The notes under the pieces are model-generated. The model was given only the letters and a program-made list of their open reading frames with translations. It did no database searches and had not been told where the DNA came from. The position numbers and the translations under genes were made by a program. A stretch of DNA of 64,000 nt from Candidatus Poribacteria bacterium (lineage in GTDB: Bacteria; Poribacteria; WGA-4E; PCPOR2b): positions 4,106,449-4,170,448 of the forward strand of contig OZ242315.1 in the NCBI GenBank assembly GCA_965207975.1, written 5' to 3'. Below, piece after piece: positions 42,234-53,140 of this stretch. The stretch's first letter is position 1. The number at the start of each line of letters is the position of its first letter.

Positions 42234-43292
42234 ATGCCAGTCTTCACAGCGGAGGTATTGGCACAAACGTGCCTGGACGTTTTCCGCGCCATGGGCATCT
42301 CTGATGCAGAGTCTGAAGTTGTGACACGCTCCATGGTTGACGCTAATCTGGTCGGCCATGATTCGCACGGTATCATCCACTTGCCAAAATACGTTCATGA
42401 AATCGAGGAGTCCTTGATTCAACCGGGGGCGACAATCGAAGTTAAACGCGAATCCCCTTCAATGGCAGCACTGGATGGAAATTGGGGATTTGGACCCGTG
42501 ATTGCGACACATGGGATGAAATTAGCAATTGAAAAGGCAAAAGCGACCGATGTGAGTACGGTTACTATCTCCCGTTCTAATGAGACCGGCAGATTAGGGG
42601 GATATGTACTGATTGCGGCGGCGGAGAATATGATCGGGATCTTGACGGTGAACGACCATGGCGGCGGTCAAAACGTCGCGCCTTATGGAGGGATTGAGGG
42701 ACGGCTTTCGACCAATCCGCTGGCTTGTGCCATTCCGGTTGAAGGGCACGAACCTATTTTGTTGGATATGTCCACAAGCGTCGTTGCAGCAGGAAAGGTG
42801 CGGGTGAGGCGGCATCGGAAGGAACCTGCTCCAGAGGGGTGGCTTATTGATGCTGCGGGAAATCCGACAACCAATGTCGAAGATTTTTACGGATCACCCC
42901 CCGGTGCACTACTTCCTTTTGGAGGGATCGCTGCACAAAAAGGGTTTGGACTCAGTATTGTTGTCGATATTCTTTCTGGAGCGTTGAGTGGGGCGGGATG
43001 CACCAGCCAAGAGGGTTCAAGGGTGGGCAATGGCGTGTTCATCACAGCCATCAATATTGCCAGTTTTGTAGATCTTTCAGATTTCAACGCGGAAGTCAAT
43101 CGCTTCATTGACTACATCAAGTCTTCCAAACGTTTACCCGGGGTTGAGGCGATCCGCATTCCGGGTGAGCGAGGCAGGGATGAACAAGAAAGACGGGGGC
43201 GGGAAGGGATCTTTGTCGAAGACAGTACATGGGAACAGATTCAAGGGGTTATGCGGAAATATCAGGTCCCAATTCCTGATTCGTCGACATAG
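42234..43292 (+). CDS. Ldh_2 family (malate/L-lactate/ureidoglycolate-type) dehydrogenase
   Basis: GHDSHG, DGNWGFG, STNPLA, LDMSTS, KGFGL, IPGE. Confidence 0.9.
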   Translation: MPVFTAEVLAQTCLDVFRAMGISDAESEVVTRSMVDANLVGHDSHGIIHLPKYVHEIEESLIQPGATIEVKRESPSMAALDGNWGFGPVIATHGMKLAIEKAKATDVSTVTISRSNETGRLGGYVLIAAAENMIGILTVNDHGGGQNVAPYGGIEGRLSTNPLACAIPVEGHEPILLDMSTSVVAAGKVRVRRHRKEPAPEGWLIDAAGNPTTNVEDFYGSPPGALLPFGGIAAQKGFGLSIVVDILSGALSGAGCTSQEGSRVGNGVFITAINIASFVDLSDFNAEVNRFIDYIKSSKRLPGVEAIRIPGERGRDEQERRGREGIFVEDSTWEQIQGVMRKYQVPIPDSST

Positions 43293-43601
43293 TTGGTGTC
43301 TAAAAGAACCCAATTTTAGCTCCAGTTCAGAACCTATTTCCTCAAGGCAGTAGTTGATGAAGCGTAGGTGGGCAGACGTACCGGGCTTTCTATCCTTTCT
43401 TTATCGTCCAAAGGATATGGTTCCTGAATGACGCTATCCTATCGTAATGGGAAAAATTTTGCTTTTTTTCGCTAAATGTGCTACTTTAAGACTTATCTGT
43501 GCCGGTGTGGGCATCTCAGGAGATAACGACATAATGAACAAAAATTTTGATTTTGGTAGATATATTCCAGACTTGTGGCGTGAAGTATACAAGGAGACCG
43601 T

Positions 43602-45362
43602 ATGGGAACAGGGCACGCTGCCATAAAACTTCTGCGTTATCGTCCGGGACTCTTTCTGCTCACAATACTGTTTCGCGGGGCAGATGACCTTGTCCCACTC
43701 CTGACCGGATTGGTCCTGAAAGGGTTCTTCGATGCCCTTACAGGCGATGCACAAGCGGGATTCGACGTATGGACCTGTGTAGCCCTGTTTATCGCTGTTG
43801 AGGTTGGTGATGTGATCGTCCTGTTTGGATCGGCAGTCGTTTGGCCCCGGTGGTGGTACGCAGTAGAATCGCTTCTTCGCAAAAACCTGATAGCGGCCTT
43901 GCTTAATGTGCGAACGCCGCGCCGTGTTTCAGGTGCCTCCGGCGATGTAACCAATCGTTTCCGCGATGATGTGGGAACGATTGTTAGATACTTGGAGCGG
44001 TACATTCATCTGTGGGGCAACCTCATCTTTGCCGTACTCGCCATCATTGTGATGGTGCGGATAAGCGTGATGATTACACTCGTTACGGTCATTCCGTCTA
44101 TCCTCGTCGTAATTATTATTGATGCAGCAAGGAAATATATCCATAAATATCGATCGGCACAACGGGTTGCTACAGCGCAGTCAACAAACTTCATCAACGA
44201 AATGTTCCAAGCCGTATTGGCTATCAAGGTTGCAACGATGGAGTCAAATGTCATCACGCACTTTCGCCGGCTTAACGATGCGCGCCGAAAATCGACCCTG
44301 ATAGATAACCTGCTTGAACAACTCCTGCGCTCGATTAATCAAAATCTTGGAAACATAGCAACAGGCGTGATTCTCATACTCGCTGCGGAGAAGCTGAAAT
44401 CAGGTGAATTTACCGTCGGAGATATTGTCCTCTTTATGGCTTACGTGGGTGAAGTTGCTAGGAGCGGTTCACTACTGGGTACGGTGATGACACACCATGC
44501 ACGTGCAGAAATTTCCTTCGGTCGAATGGAGCGGGTTGTTGATGGGACACCACCGAGCATACTCGCCCAACATAGTCCGGTCTACCTCCGAGGCGATCTG
44601 CCTGCTGTTCCGGTCCCTGTCAAGACGGATGCCGATCAACTTCATGAATTAACAGTCAAGGGACTGACCTACCGCTACGACGGATCAGAGAATGGGATTC
44701 ACGACATCGACCTACAGATCCCCGCCGGTTCATTCATTGTGATCACTGGGCGAATTGGGGCTGGCAAATCGACCCTACTGCGAACCCTCCTAGGGGTGCT
44801 GCCGAAGGAGTCTGGGGAGATTTACTGGAATGACGAGATGGTAGACGATTCAAAATCGTTCTTCGTGCCGCCCCGTTGTGCCTACACCCCACAAGTTCCG
44901 CGCCTTTTCAGCGAACCCCTTAAAGACAATATTCTCATGGGATTACCAGATGACCCGGAGGCACTTAACCGGGCGATCCGGTTGGGTGTGATGGAGGAGG
45001 ACCTCCCGACGCTCGAAAACGGGTTAGATACGGTGGTGGGTCCACGAGGTGTCAAGCTATCGGGAGGGCAGATACAACGCGCCGCTGCAACACGGATGTT
45101 TATCCGGCCTGCCGAGCTTTATGTCTTCGATGACCTATCTTCTGCGCTCGACGTAGAGACAGAACGGGTACTTTGGGATCGCGTCTTTGAAACACAACGT
45201 TCTACCTGTCTTGTTGTTTCCCATCGTCGTCCAGCACTTCGTCGTGCGGATAAGATTATTGTCCTGAAGAACGGGCGAGTTGAAGGGGTAGGTACACTGG
45301 ACACCCTCCTAGCCTCCTGTGAAGAGATGCAACGACTGTGGCGAGGGGAAGTCGACGCGTAA
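43602..45362 (+). CDS. ABC exporter, fused permease/ATP-binding protein
   Basis: N-terminal TM domain; GRIGAGKS, LSGGQ, YVFDD. Confidence 0.92.
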   Translation: MGTGHAAIKLLRYRPGLFLLTILFRGADDLVPLLTGLVLKGFFDALTGDAQAGFDVWTCVALFIAVEVGDVIVLFGSAVVWPRWWYAVESLLRKNLIAALLNVRTPRRVSGASGDVTNRFRDDVGTIVRYLERYIHLWGNLIFAVLAIIVMVRISVMITLVTVIPSILVVIIIDAARKYIHKYRSAQRVATAQSTNFINEMFQAVLAIKVATMESNVITHFRRLNDARRKSTLIDNLLEQLLRSINQNLGNIATGVILILAAEKLKSGEFTVGDIVLFMAYVGEVARSGSLLGTVMTHHARAEISFGRMERVVDGTPPSILAQHSPVYLRGDLPAVPVPVKTDADQLHELTVKGLTYRYDGSENGIHDIDLQIPAGSFIVITGRIGAGKSTLLRTLLGVLPKESGEIYWNDEMVDDSKSFFVPPRCAYTPQVPRLFSEPLKDNILMGLPDDPEALNRAIRLGVMEEDLPTLENGLDTVVGPRGVKLSGGQIQRAAATRMFIRPAELYVFDDLSSALDVETERVLWDRVFETQRSTCLVVSHRRPALRRADKIIVLKNGRVEGVGTLDTLLASCEEMQRLWRGEVDA

Positions 45363-45365
45363 TTG

Positions 45366-46820
45366 TCAGTAGGGATTCTCCGCTGTTGTTATAGGACACC
45401 AGCGGGAGGTCAACAGGTCGTCCCATAAAGCATTTTGTGCTTCGGGCGTTCCGATCTGCCGCAATACCGCAGCCGCATAGTAACGAACATACCGGTCCTC
45501 ATCGCTTAACCTTCCCGCCAATGTTGGCACGATACCATCTGCCGATTGACCAATTTTTGCGAGTGCCATCACCGCGTTGAGTCGAACCAGCATCTCTGAG
45601 TCGCTTGAGACCTGCATCAACGCTGGAACAATGTTTTCGGCAGGGGTTGCAATTGTTCCCAACGCCTCCGCTGCATTACGGCGGACCCACAAACTCTCAT
45701 CACGCAGTCGCTGAATCAATGCGGGCACAGCCTCTTCCGCAAGCAAGCCCAGATTGCCCAACGTATCCGCGGCTGCCGCACGGGTGGTCCAAGACGCATC
45801 CCCTAACGCCGAAATCAATGCCGGTACACTGGACTGCCCCACCTCGGTCAGTGCTTGGGAGGCATACAAATCTGCTGGATTGCCCCCTTGTGGATTCGAT
45901 GCAGTTTTTGCGACATTTGTTTCCGCCAAAGCCTCGGCTTCTGCTTGTAACGCTTGCATTAATGCCGGTATGACAGATTCCCCCAACTCGCCCAGCGCGT
46001 AAGCCGACTTCAGGCGAACACTTTCATCGGTATCTCGTAGCCCCGCTATCAGTTGTGACACGGAGCCATTTTCGTCGGGTTCGACGGGCATCGAATCTGC
46101 ACCATCACTTTGAAAGAGCCATTTCCAGACATGCCTCGATAATGCGTGATGTTTGTCGTTATTCGCAGGTTGCCAATGCGTATGCCCGTTACCCGGTAGG
46201 GATTGAGAGGGTTCCTGCATCCGTGTGAACTGAAACTTCAGCATGTAACGTTTTTTGTTGCTACAGTTTGCCATCGCCCGATGCCACGAATCGAAATTGA
46301 CAAGTGTTACCGTGCCCGCCTTGCCACAAAGGGCTTTCGCCCGCTCAGTGCTTTGTGTCGGGTTCGTGTCGGAAACCGTATTGTAATACTGCTTTCCGGG
46401 TAAGATCCCTGTCGGTCCCATGTCTTCGGTGACATCTTGTGGATAGTAGAAAGCCATCACCCATCGAAAGCGATGATGCCGCACTTTTTGGTCAAAGATG
46501 TAGTCATCCTTATGCCAAGTTTGTCCGTCACTCCCCGGTGAGTTGAGATGACAGTAGCGATGGGGATGGATCAGGTAATCTGGGCCCAGCAGACTCGTCA
46601 ACGCACCGCAAACCTTCGGATGCTCGAAAACTCGCTGAATATCAGGGATCCGGGGCAGCAGATTATTTCCCGGATTCCCTTCCTTCGCAAGCACCTCTTC
46701 GATCTGCTGATAGATGTCCTCATGAATGTTGGTCGGAAAATCAGCTTGAATTTGGATATGCCCGTTGACAATAAAGTCCCGAATTTCTTTGGGGTTAAGG
46801 AGATACGCCTTGTCCACCAT
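45366..46820 (-). CDS. PhyH-type Fe(II)/2-oxoglutarate dioxygenase fused to HEAT repeats
   Basis: WHKD...WHRA facial triad, GPTGILPG; C-terminal repeats such as VRRNAAEALG. Confidence 0.85.
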   Translation of the reverse strand: MVDKAYLLNPKEIRDFIVNGHIQIQADFPTNIHEDIYQQIEEVLAKEGNPGNNLLPRIPDIQRVFEHPKVCGALTSLLGPDYLIHPHRYCHLNSPGSDGQTWHKDDYIFDQKVRHHRFRWVMAFYYPQDVTEDMGPTGILPGKQYYNTVSDTNPTQSTERAKALCGKAGTVTLVNFDSWHRAMANCSNKKRYMLKFQFTRMQEPSQSLPGNGHTHWQPANNDKHHALSRHVWKWLFQSDGADSMPVEPDENGSVSQLIAGLRDTDESVRLKSAYALGELGESVIPALMQALQAEAEALAETNVAKTASNPQGGNPADLYASQALTEVGQSSVPALISALGDASWTTRAAAADTLGNLGLLAEEAVPALIQRLRDESLWVRRNAAEALGTIATPAENIVPALMQVSSDSEMLVRLNAVMALAKIGQSADGIVPTLAGRLSDEDRYVRYYAAAVLRQIGTPEAQNALWDDLLTSRWCPITTAENPY

Positions 46821-46866
46821 TGCCTTTTTCCTTTCAGTATGGGTTCGCCTACTTCCCCTGTGAAAG

Positions 46867-47523
46867 CTAAAGTTTCATGAGTTCAGACTCGGTTAAGTGT
46901 GGTCGGATTTTTTCCGCAAATTCAGCGACTGTCTCATCAACTGTTGCCGTGGAAGTGTCTAGCGTTATCTTGTTTTTAATCGACGAATTTTGGTGCGCCT
47001 CCTCGAATTTTTGCGACACATCTGGGATGTCCTGTTCAGGCACAACGGGGTATTTATGGGGATTTTCTTTCATCCGCTTGGCGATAACTTCGGGAGATGC
47101 CTTCACTAGGATAAGCACGGTTTCAGGTGCGAACGTGAGGATACGCTGCTCAAGGTTTTGTGAGATCGTTTGCCGGTCACCCATCTCGCCCGGTCCGCCG
47201 TAGCCGTAGTACAAAGGTCCGTATATTGTGTCTTCTATATGGATGCCGATTCCGAGAAAGTCCTCTCCCGACGAAGACTGGGCGGGTGTGTGATAGTAAA
47301 GGTTATGCCGCATTATAACTTCTGTCAGCCGCGGACTAAGTGCATCGAACTGAGCGATTTCTTCCTCAGTCAGCTCAGGTCCATGGGGCTTGGTATCCGG
47401 CAGCTTGAAGTGATCATGGATGAGTGTAAACTCCTTGTCCATTGTCTCTTTAGTCCATTCATTGATTGCGTGGGCTAATGTTGTTGTGCCGCTGTATTCA
47501 CAGCCGATCAGGATAAGTCTCAT
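46867..47523 (-). CDS. P-loop nucleotide-kinase-like protein with atypical Walker A
   Basis: LIGCEYSGTTTLA; LVKASPEVIAKR and LDTS kinase-fold segments. Confidence 0.65.
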   Translation of the reverse strand: MRLILIGCEYSGTTTLAHAINEWTKETMDKEFTLIHDHFKLPDTKPHGPELTEEEIAQFDALSPRLTEVIMRHNLYYHTPAQSSSGEDFLGIGIHIEDTIYGPLYYGYGGPGEMGDRQTISQNLEQRILTFAPETVLILVKASPEVIAKRMKENPHKYPVVPEQDIPDVSQKFEEAHQNSSIKNKITLDTSTATVDETVAEFAEKIRPHLTESELMKL

Positions 47524-47636
47524 TTTTTTCCTCCGTTAGTTTTGGGTAGATGGAGAGTTTTGTCTAACAAACAATTGTTCTGTCAAAGAAAATTTCCTTC
47601 ACCGCAGAGACGCGGAGGCGCAGAGAAAAACGGAGT

Positions 47637-48632
47637 TTAACGCATTTTTCGCGCCTGCTGTTCTCTATAGGCTGCACTGGCAGCGTTCAAGGTATCAATC
47701 GCTTCGTCGGGCAATACTATCTCTGTGCCGGTGAAATTGTCCTCAACATGCTCAGGACGTTCAGTACCTGCCAGTACACTCGTCACCTCTGGGTGGGTCA
47801 GCACCCAAGCGACGCAAATTGTGGCACGGCTCACGCGCAGATCTTGAGCCACTTGGTCCAACACATCTATCAGCGTTGCTAGCGGTGTATCCGGGTCAAT
47901 ATTACGCCCCGGCACAAGATGTCCGGTGTCCAAAGGGCTAAAGGCGAGAAGTCCCAGCCCTGATTTCCGCAACACGGGAAACATCTCCTGCTCCATTTGA
48001 ACCACACGGGAATCGCCTGTGTCAGTCAAGGATTCCCCAGCGATGTTATAGTAATCCTCAGTGCCTGCAATAGGTGCTGTGCCCGTGCTTTGACCAAGTT
48101 CGACGTACCTGCTTACCTGTGACGCACTATGGTTGGAGACACCCCAGTATCGAATTTTCCCTGACCGCACCAGCGCGTCCATTGAATCAACGACCTCTGC
48201 TGCTGGGGTTGCCTTGTCAGGTTGATGGAGCAGATAGAGATCGATATAGTCGGTCTGTAGGCGCGTGAGGCTGCCTTCTGCCTGTTGGAAAAGAAAATCT
48301 TGAGTAAAACGCGCCGGCTTCCCCGGACTATCCTCTTTTTCTGGCGCGTATGATGCCGCGACTTTGGTGCAGATGACTACCTGATCACGCTGTCCTGCGA
48401 TAGCTTTTCCCAAGGTTTCCTCTGCCCCGCCCCAGCCGTAGGCGTTTGATGAATCGAAAAAGTTTACGCCTACCTCCAGACAGTGCTGCAGCACACGCAG
48501 CCCCATTGGATTATCCACCGCCCGCGGCATATTCCGAAATGCTGTCCCCTGACAAAGACGAGAGACGTGCAAATCGGTCTGTCCGAAACGGACTAGGTGT
48601 GAAGGGTGCCCTTCGTTTGACTTTTCTGTCAT
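47637..48632 (-). CDS. Aldo/keto reductase
   Basis: FFDSSNAYG, CTK, DYIDLYLLHQPD, GKIRYWGVSN. Confidence 0.92.
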   Translation of the reverse strand: MTEKSNEGHPSHLVRFGQTDLHVSRLCQGTAFRNMPRAVDNPMGLRVLQHCLEVGVNFFDSSNAYGWGGAEETLGKAIAGQRDQVVICTKVAASYAPEKEDSPGKPARFTQDFLFQQAEGSLTRLQTDYIDLYLLHQPDKATPAAEVVDSMDALVRSGKIRYWGVSNHSASQVSRYVELGQSTGTAPIAGTEDYYNIAGESLTDTGDSRVVQMEQEMFPVLRKSGLGLLAFSPLDTGHLVPGRNIDPDTPLATLIDVLDQVAQDLRVSRATICVAWVLTHPEVTSVLAGTERPEHVEDNFTGTEIVLPDEAIDTLNAASAAYREQQARKMR

Positions 48633-48659
48633 TATTCACTCCTTTTTTATTTTCTTTTC

Positions 48660-50195
48660 TTAATTTTCCTTTTCCCCATTTTCCAATTCTTCATAAGAAT
48701 CCTGTCTGCTGAACCGTGTGAGTATATCGCCAATTTTATCTTGTAGGGCGCGCCGCGGACTCACGGAACCGAGATAATTGCTCACTATAATTGAGAACGC
48801 CACCGTTTCCCCATCCGCAGTTACGGTATAGCCGGCAAGTGCTGTTAGCCCCCTCAACGTTCCGGTTTTGGCGCGTAAAACCCCTTCTGCTGACATACCC
48901 CGCATCCGCCGTGTCAGCGTTCCATCCACCCCGCCAACTGGCAGCGATGCCAGATATTCTGGCATCACCGCAAAATTGCGGAACATATAGGCCAGCAAAT
49001 CTGTCAGGAGAGAAGCGGTTACTAAATTATAGCGAGATACCCCCGAACCATCGGCAAAGGTATAATATCCCCTATCCACTCCAATTTCGCCCAAAAGATT
49101 GCTAATCGCTCCCAATCCTTTCTTCGCTGTTCCCGGAGCTCCTCTCAGTTCAGCACCGATTGTTTTCAACAGGAGTTCAGCAATCAGATTATCACTCGGC
49201 TTGTTCATCTCCCGGAGGATACGGGATAGCGGTGGCGATATATGCTGGCTAATTTCCACTGCCTCTTCAGGTACTTCACCATAACGGACTGTTCCGTAAA
49301 GGGTTACACCCCGTTCTGCAAGCATTTCTCGCAATAAGGTGCCGCAGTAGAGTGCCGGGTCAAGTACATCTACACGTCGGTTCATCTCGGCTTGACCAAT
49401 TGTCATGACTCCATCAATCGTCAGGACGTTCGCTTCAACAGATCCCTCCTCTCGTTTAATTATCAGTCGTGTTCTTTCTGATACCCCTACTGTAGTGGCA
49501 TCATTAACAATTTTCATATACTGTGTGGGGGGGTCAAGATGGACGCGAACCGGATCGTCAACTTTACTGCCGGGGGAGATACGAAGGTGTACACCGTTAC
49601 GGTTAATCGCCAGTGCGCTTAGATGCGGGTAGTACCCACCGATGGGACCATCGTCCCACATCCAACCTTTGCCCCGCCTGATAGCGTCAAAGTAGGTTTC
49701 ATCTACCACAATATCGCCCTGCAGCTTTTTTATATCCATTTCTACTAATCTTTCGACCATCTTTTCCAGATCTTTGCTGTCAAACATAGGATCACCGCCC
49801 CCTTTGAGGTAGATATTCCCCCGATTATCTTCAACGGGATCCGTATAAAGCGTGGTATGGAAACGGTAATTTGGACCGAGTTTAACTAGTGCTGTTGCTG
49901 CGGTGATTAATTTCATTGTTGACGCTGGATGATACAATTTTTCAGCGTCTTTCTCATAAAGCACCTCTTCCGTTTTAAGTGAAACAACTTTCATCCCGAT
50001 GTTTGAGGAGGCTAAGAATGGATCGTTTAGGGTGGTTTCAATTTTTGCCTGCAATTGTTGAACGGCTTCCGATGGCTTAGGTGATGCGGGCGGTGGGACT
50101 TCAATTGTTGAAGACGTTCCACAGCCATATAATACGGTGCAACAAAGAAAGGCACAAAACCAGAGGCAGGCTCTTGATATCTTCCACATTTTCAA
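48660..50195 (-). CDS. dacB: D-Ala-D-Ala carboxypeptidase/endopeptidase (PBP4), probable lipoprotein
   Basis: PASTMK (SxxK), SDN, KTGTL, DGSG; lipobox-like LYGC. Confidence 0.93.
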   Translation of the reverse strand: MKMWKISRACLWFCAFLCCTVLYGCGTSSTIEVPPPASPKPSEAVQQLQAKIETTLNDPFLASSNIGMKVVSLKTEEVLYEKDAEKLYHPASTMKLITAATALVKLGPNYRFHTTLYTDPVEDNRGNIYLKGGGDPMFDSKDLEKMVERLVEMDIKKLQGDIVVDETYFDAIRRGKGWMWDDGPIGGYYPHLSALAINRNGVHLRISPGSKVDDPVRVHLDPPTQYMKIVNDATTVGVSERTRLIIKREEGSVEANVLTIDGVMTIGQAEMNRRVDVLDPALYCGTLLREMLAERGVTLYGTVRYGEVPEEAVEISQHISPPLSRILREMNKPSDNLIAELLLKTIGAELRGAPGTAKKGLGAISNLLGEIGVDRGYYTFADGSGVSRYNLVTASLLTDLLAYMFRNFAVMPEYLASLPVGGVDGTLTRRMRGMSAEGVLRAKTGTLRGLTALAGYTVTADGETVAFSIIVSNYLGSVSPRRALQDKIGDILTRFSRQDSYEELENGEKEN

Positions 50196-51385
50196 ATAAC
50201 TCCATCTTGACGCAGGTCTGCGATCGCCTTGTCATTCAGTCCAAGTCGGTTAGTAAGAATCTCGTCGGTGTGCTCTCCAAGCAGCGGCGGTGGCATCCGC
50301 ATCTGCGTTGGTGTCCCTGATAAATTAAGCGGTGTGCCAGCCAATCGTACTGTTTCCGCCGTTGGATGTGGCATCTCGACCCGCATCTCTCGCGCCAGCG
50401 TCTGTGGGTCAGCGAATACCTTATCGAGAGAGTTGACCGGTCCGGCGGGAACATCAGCATCAGCGCAGCGTCTCAGCCATTCAGCGACGGGGTGTTGACG
50501 AAACAAATCCTCTAGCATCGGGATCAATACCGCTCGGTGAGCGACACGTTGCGGGTTGGTGGCAAACCGCTTGTCCGATGCCCATGCACTTACCCCCGCC
50601 GCTGCACAGAAACGTTCCCACTGTCCATCGTTGCCGATGGCAAGGATAAGGTAATCGTCCATCGCCTGAAACGCTTGATACGGAACGATACTGGAGTGTG
50701 CGTTACCCCAGCGTCCCGGTACGTTGCCTGAGCAGAGATAGTTGCTACCAACGTTCGCTAGCAGCGCAATCTGTGAGTCGAGGAGTGCGATGTCGATGTG
50801 CTGTCCCTCGTCGGTGCGCCCGCGGGCAAGTAACGCAGCCAAGATAGCGTTACACGCAAAGAGTGCCGAAGCGACATCCACAATCGCTACGCCAACTTTC
50901 ATGGGTGTGCCCTCACGTTCACCGGTGATGGACATGAAGCCGCCACGTCCCTGAATCAGGAAGTCGTAGCCCGGCAACTCGTGGTCAGGTCCCGTGTGTC
51001 CAAACCCGCTGATGGAACAGTAAATCAGACGCGGGTTGATCTCCTTGAGCGATGTGTAATTTAGACCGCCTGCGTCCAAACCACCTATACGGAAATTCTC
51101 AATTAACACATCACTCTGTGCCGCGAGTTTCCGCGCAATAGCGATACCCTCTTCGTCCTTGAGGTTGAGTGTAAGGCTTTTTTTGTTGCGGTTGCAGCAG
51201 AGGTAATACGCCGACTCACCACCGAGGAATGGCGGTCCCCACTGACGGGTTTCATCGCCGATGCCGGGACGTTCAACTTTGATGACTTCTGCGCCCAAAT
51301 CGCCCAACATCATGGCACAGTAGGGCCCTGCCAAATGCCGCGACAGGTCAAGAACATGGATACCGTCCAATGGACTCAAGGTCAT
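50192..51385 (-). CDS. CaiB/BaiF class III CoA-transferase
   Basis: LAGPYC, DLGAEVIKVE, NRNKKS, ENFR, PGYD. Confidence 0.95.
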   Translation of the reverse strand: MTLSPLDGIHVLDLSRHLAGPYCAMMLGDLGAEVIKVERPGIGDETRQWGPPFLGGESAYYLCCNRNKKSLTLNLKDEEGIAIARKLAAQSDVLIENFRIGGLDAGGLNYTSLKEINPRLIYCSISGFGHTGPDHELPGYDFLIQGRGGFMSITGEREGTPMKVGVAIVDVASALFACNAILAALLARGRTDEGQHIDIALLDSQIALLANVGSNYLCSGNVPGRWGNAHSSIVPYQAFQAMDDYLILAIGNDGQWERFCAAAGVSAWASDKRFATNPQRVAHRAVLIPMLEDLFRQHPVAEWLRRCADADVPAGPVNSLDKVFADPQTLAREMRVEMPHPTAETVRLAGTPLNLSGTPTQMRMPPPLLGEHTDEILTNRLGLNDKAIADLRQDGVI

Positions 51386-51473
51386 TATGTATGTTCCTCT
51401 TTCACCTTTGGAAATATGCCACTCCTCATAATATCAGATTTCTTTTTGTGGTCGTGTTAAGAAATCGTGCAAC

Positions 51474-51507
51474 AGAAACCGAGTTTTGAAGAAAAAACTC
51501 GGTTTCT
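51474..51507. repeat. 34-bp palindromic dispersed repeat, copy 2
   Basis: AGAAACCGAGTTTTGAAGAAAAAACTCGGTTTCT; flanks nearly identical to the copy at 59746. Confidence 0.88.
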
Positions 51508-51523
51508 CTTCACTATCAAGATA

Positions 51524-52714
51524 CTATTCAAACGGATAAGATGGGAGTGGTTGCGTTACAGGTTTATCAACCCGATCGCCGAGCGCGTACCCTGCTTGAA
51601 GTAACTGGTGAATTTCCTGCGTTCCCTCATAGATCAACGCCCCACGTGCATTGCGGAAGTAACGTTCTACAGGGTATTCGTCGCTGTAGCCGTGTGCCCC
51701 GTGGATCTGTATCGCATCGTCCGCGGCTTGGAAGGCGTTCTGACAGTTTGTCCACTTAGCGAGGCTTACCTCGCGTGTGCAGCGCATTCCCTGATTCTTC
51801 ATCCATCCGACCTGATAGTAGAGCAGCCTTCCGATATCGCGCCCTGCGACCATGTTGGCGATTTTTTGCTGCACAAGCTGATGTTTACCGATGGGTTGAC
51901 CGAAGGTTTCACGTTTCTTGGCGTAAGCCACGCTTGCCTCAAGACACGCTTCTATCAGACCAACTGCACCTGACGCGACTGTGTAGCGTCCGTTGTCCAA
52001 CGCACTCATCGCAATCTTGAAGCCATCGCCTTCCGCGCCAACGCGATTTTCGGCGGGCACGTGCACGTTTTGCAGGGTGATGCTACCCACGTTGCCGATG
52101 CGACCCCCTAGTTTGTGGTGGATGCTGGAAGTGGTTACGCCATCAAAGCCGCGCTCAACGATGAATGCAGAGATGCCACGATGTTTTGCCTCATGATCTG
52201 TATAGGCAAAAATAAGGAAATGGTCGGCGATATCGGCGCAACCGATCCACATCTTCTCACCGCTGAGGATGTAAGTATCGCCATCGTGCCGCGCGGTCGT
52301 GCTAATTCCAGCGACATCGCTACCCGCACCGGGCTCGGTCAGTCCAAACGCGCCCAATTTCTCGCCACACGCCTGTGGGACAAGATACCCCTGTTTCTGC
52401 GCTTCGTTTCCCCACTGAAACAACGCCAGCGAGTTAAGCCCAAGGTGGACAGCGATCAGCACCCGGAACGCGCTATCGGCACGCTCTAGCTCTTCGGAGA
52501 CGATGCCGAGGCTCAAGTAATCGAAGCCTAATCCGCTGTATCGCCGGGGAATGCAAACCCCTAGCAGACCCGCTGCCCCCATCTTCCGTATAACCTCGCG
52601 CGGAAGTTGCGCGGCACGATCCCAGTCGCGGAGGTGTGGCACAAGTTCACGCTGACAGAACTTTCGTGCGGTCTCACGGATAGCATCGTGGTCTGCGGTC
52701 AATGTGAAATCCAT
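51524..52714 (-). CDS. Acyl-CoA dehydrogenase
   Basis: LTEPGAGSD, GEKMWI, QIHGAHGY, IYEGTQEI. Confidence 0.95.
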   Translation of the reverse strand: MDFTLTADHDAIRETARKFCQRELVPHLRDWDRAAQLPREVIRKMGAAGLLGVCIPRRYSGLGFDYLSLGIVSEELERADSAFRVLIAVHLGLNSLALFQWGNEAQKQGYLVPQACGEKLGAFGLTEPGAGSDVAGISTTARHDGDTYILSGEKMWIGCADIADHFLIFAYTDHEAKHRGISAFIVERGFDGVTTSSIHHKLGGRIGNVGSITLQNVHVPAENRVGAEGDGFKIAMSALDNGRYTVASGAVGLIEACLEASVAYAKKRETFGQPIGKHQLVQQKIANMVAGRDIGRLLYYQVGWMKNQGMRCTREVSLAKWTNCQNAFQAADDAIQIHGAHGYSDEYPVERYFRNARGALIYEGTQEIHQLLQAGYALGDRVDKPVTQPLPSYPFE

Positions 52715-52831
52715 AATGTGTTGCTCCCAGAAAAAGATTTATTTTGGATCGGTTATGGGTTACAATATACCAGATTTTGACCTTTGGGTAAACTTAAAAA
52801 AACGCTCCCTTTAGAAGCATTTGGTTCTACT

Positions 52832-53037
52832 GTAGGAGGGATCTCCGAATCTTTCGATTATCGGGATTCTTGATGAAATCGGAACTGACACCTCACTTCC
52901 GTCGAAAACTATTTCAAGCACTTTGTGAAAAATGATAATTAAAAGGAGAGGCTCATATAAAAAGAAAGTGCAAGTCCCGATTCATCGAGGGTTCTCGTCC
53001 CGATACATCGGGATTCCGCCCCCGATGTTATCGGGAT
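52832..53037. repeat. Cluster of REP-like and CCCGAT-n-ATCGGG micro-palindromes
   Basis: GTAGGAGGGATCTCC..., TCCCGATTCATCGAG, TCCCGATACATCGGGA, CCCGATGTTATCGGG. Confidence 0.7.
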
Positions 53038-53068
53038 GTTCCATTTACGGAACGAGTGGAACATGAAG

Positions 53069-53102
53069 AGAAACCGAGTTTTGAAGAAAAAACTCGGTTT
53101 CT
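53069..53102. repeat. 34-bp palindromic dispersed repeat, copy 3
   Basis: Identical to the copy at 51474. Confidence 0.88.
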
Positions 53103-53140
53103 TTGCACTAAATCTTAACATGAGCGAAAGGAGAGATAAA

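Noticed and set aside
53036-53140. N-terminal ORF extensions of the Gfo/Idh/MocA gene and of the isomerase (55119-55313)
   Set aside because: They translate repeat/MITE DNA; strong RBSs support starts at 53141 and 55118
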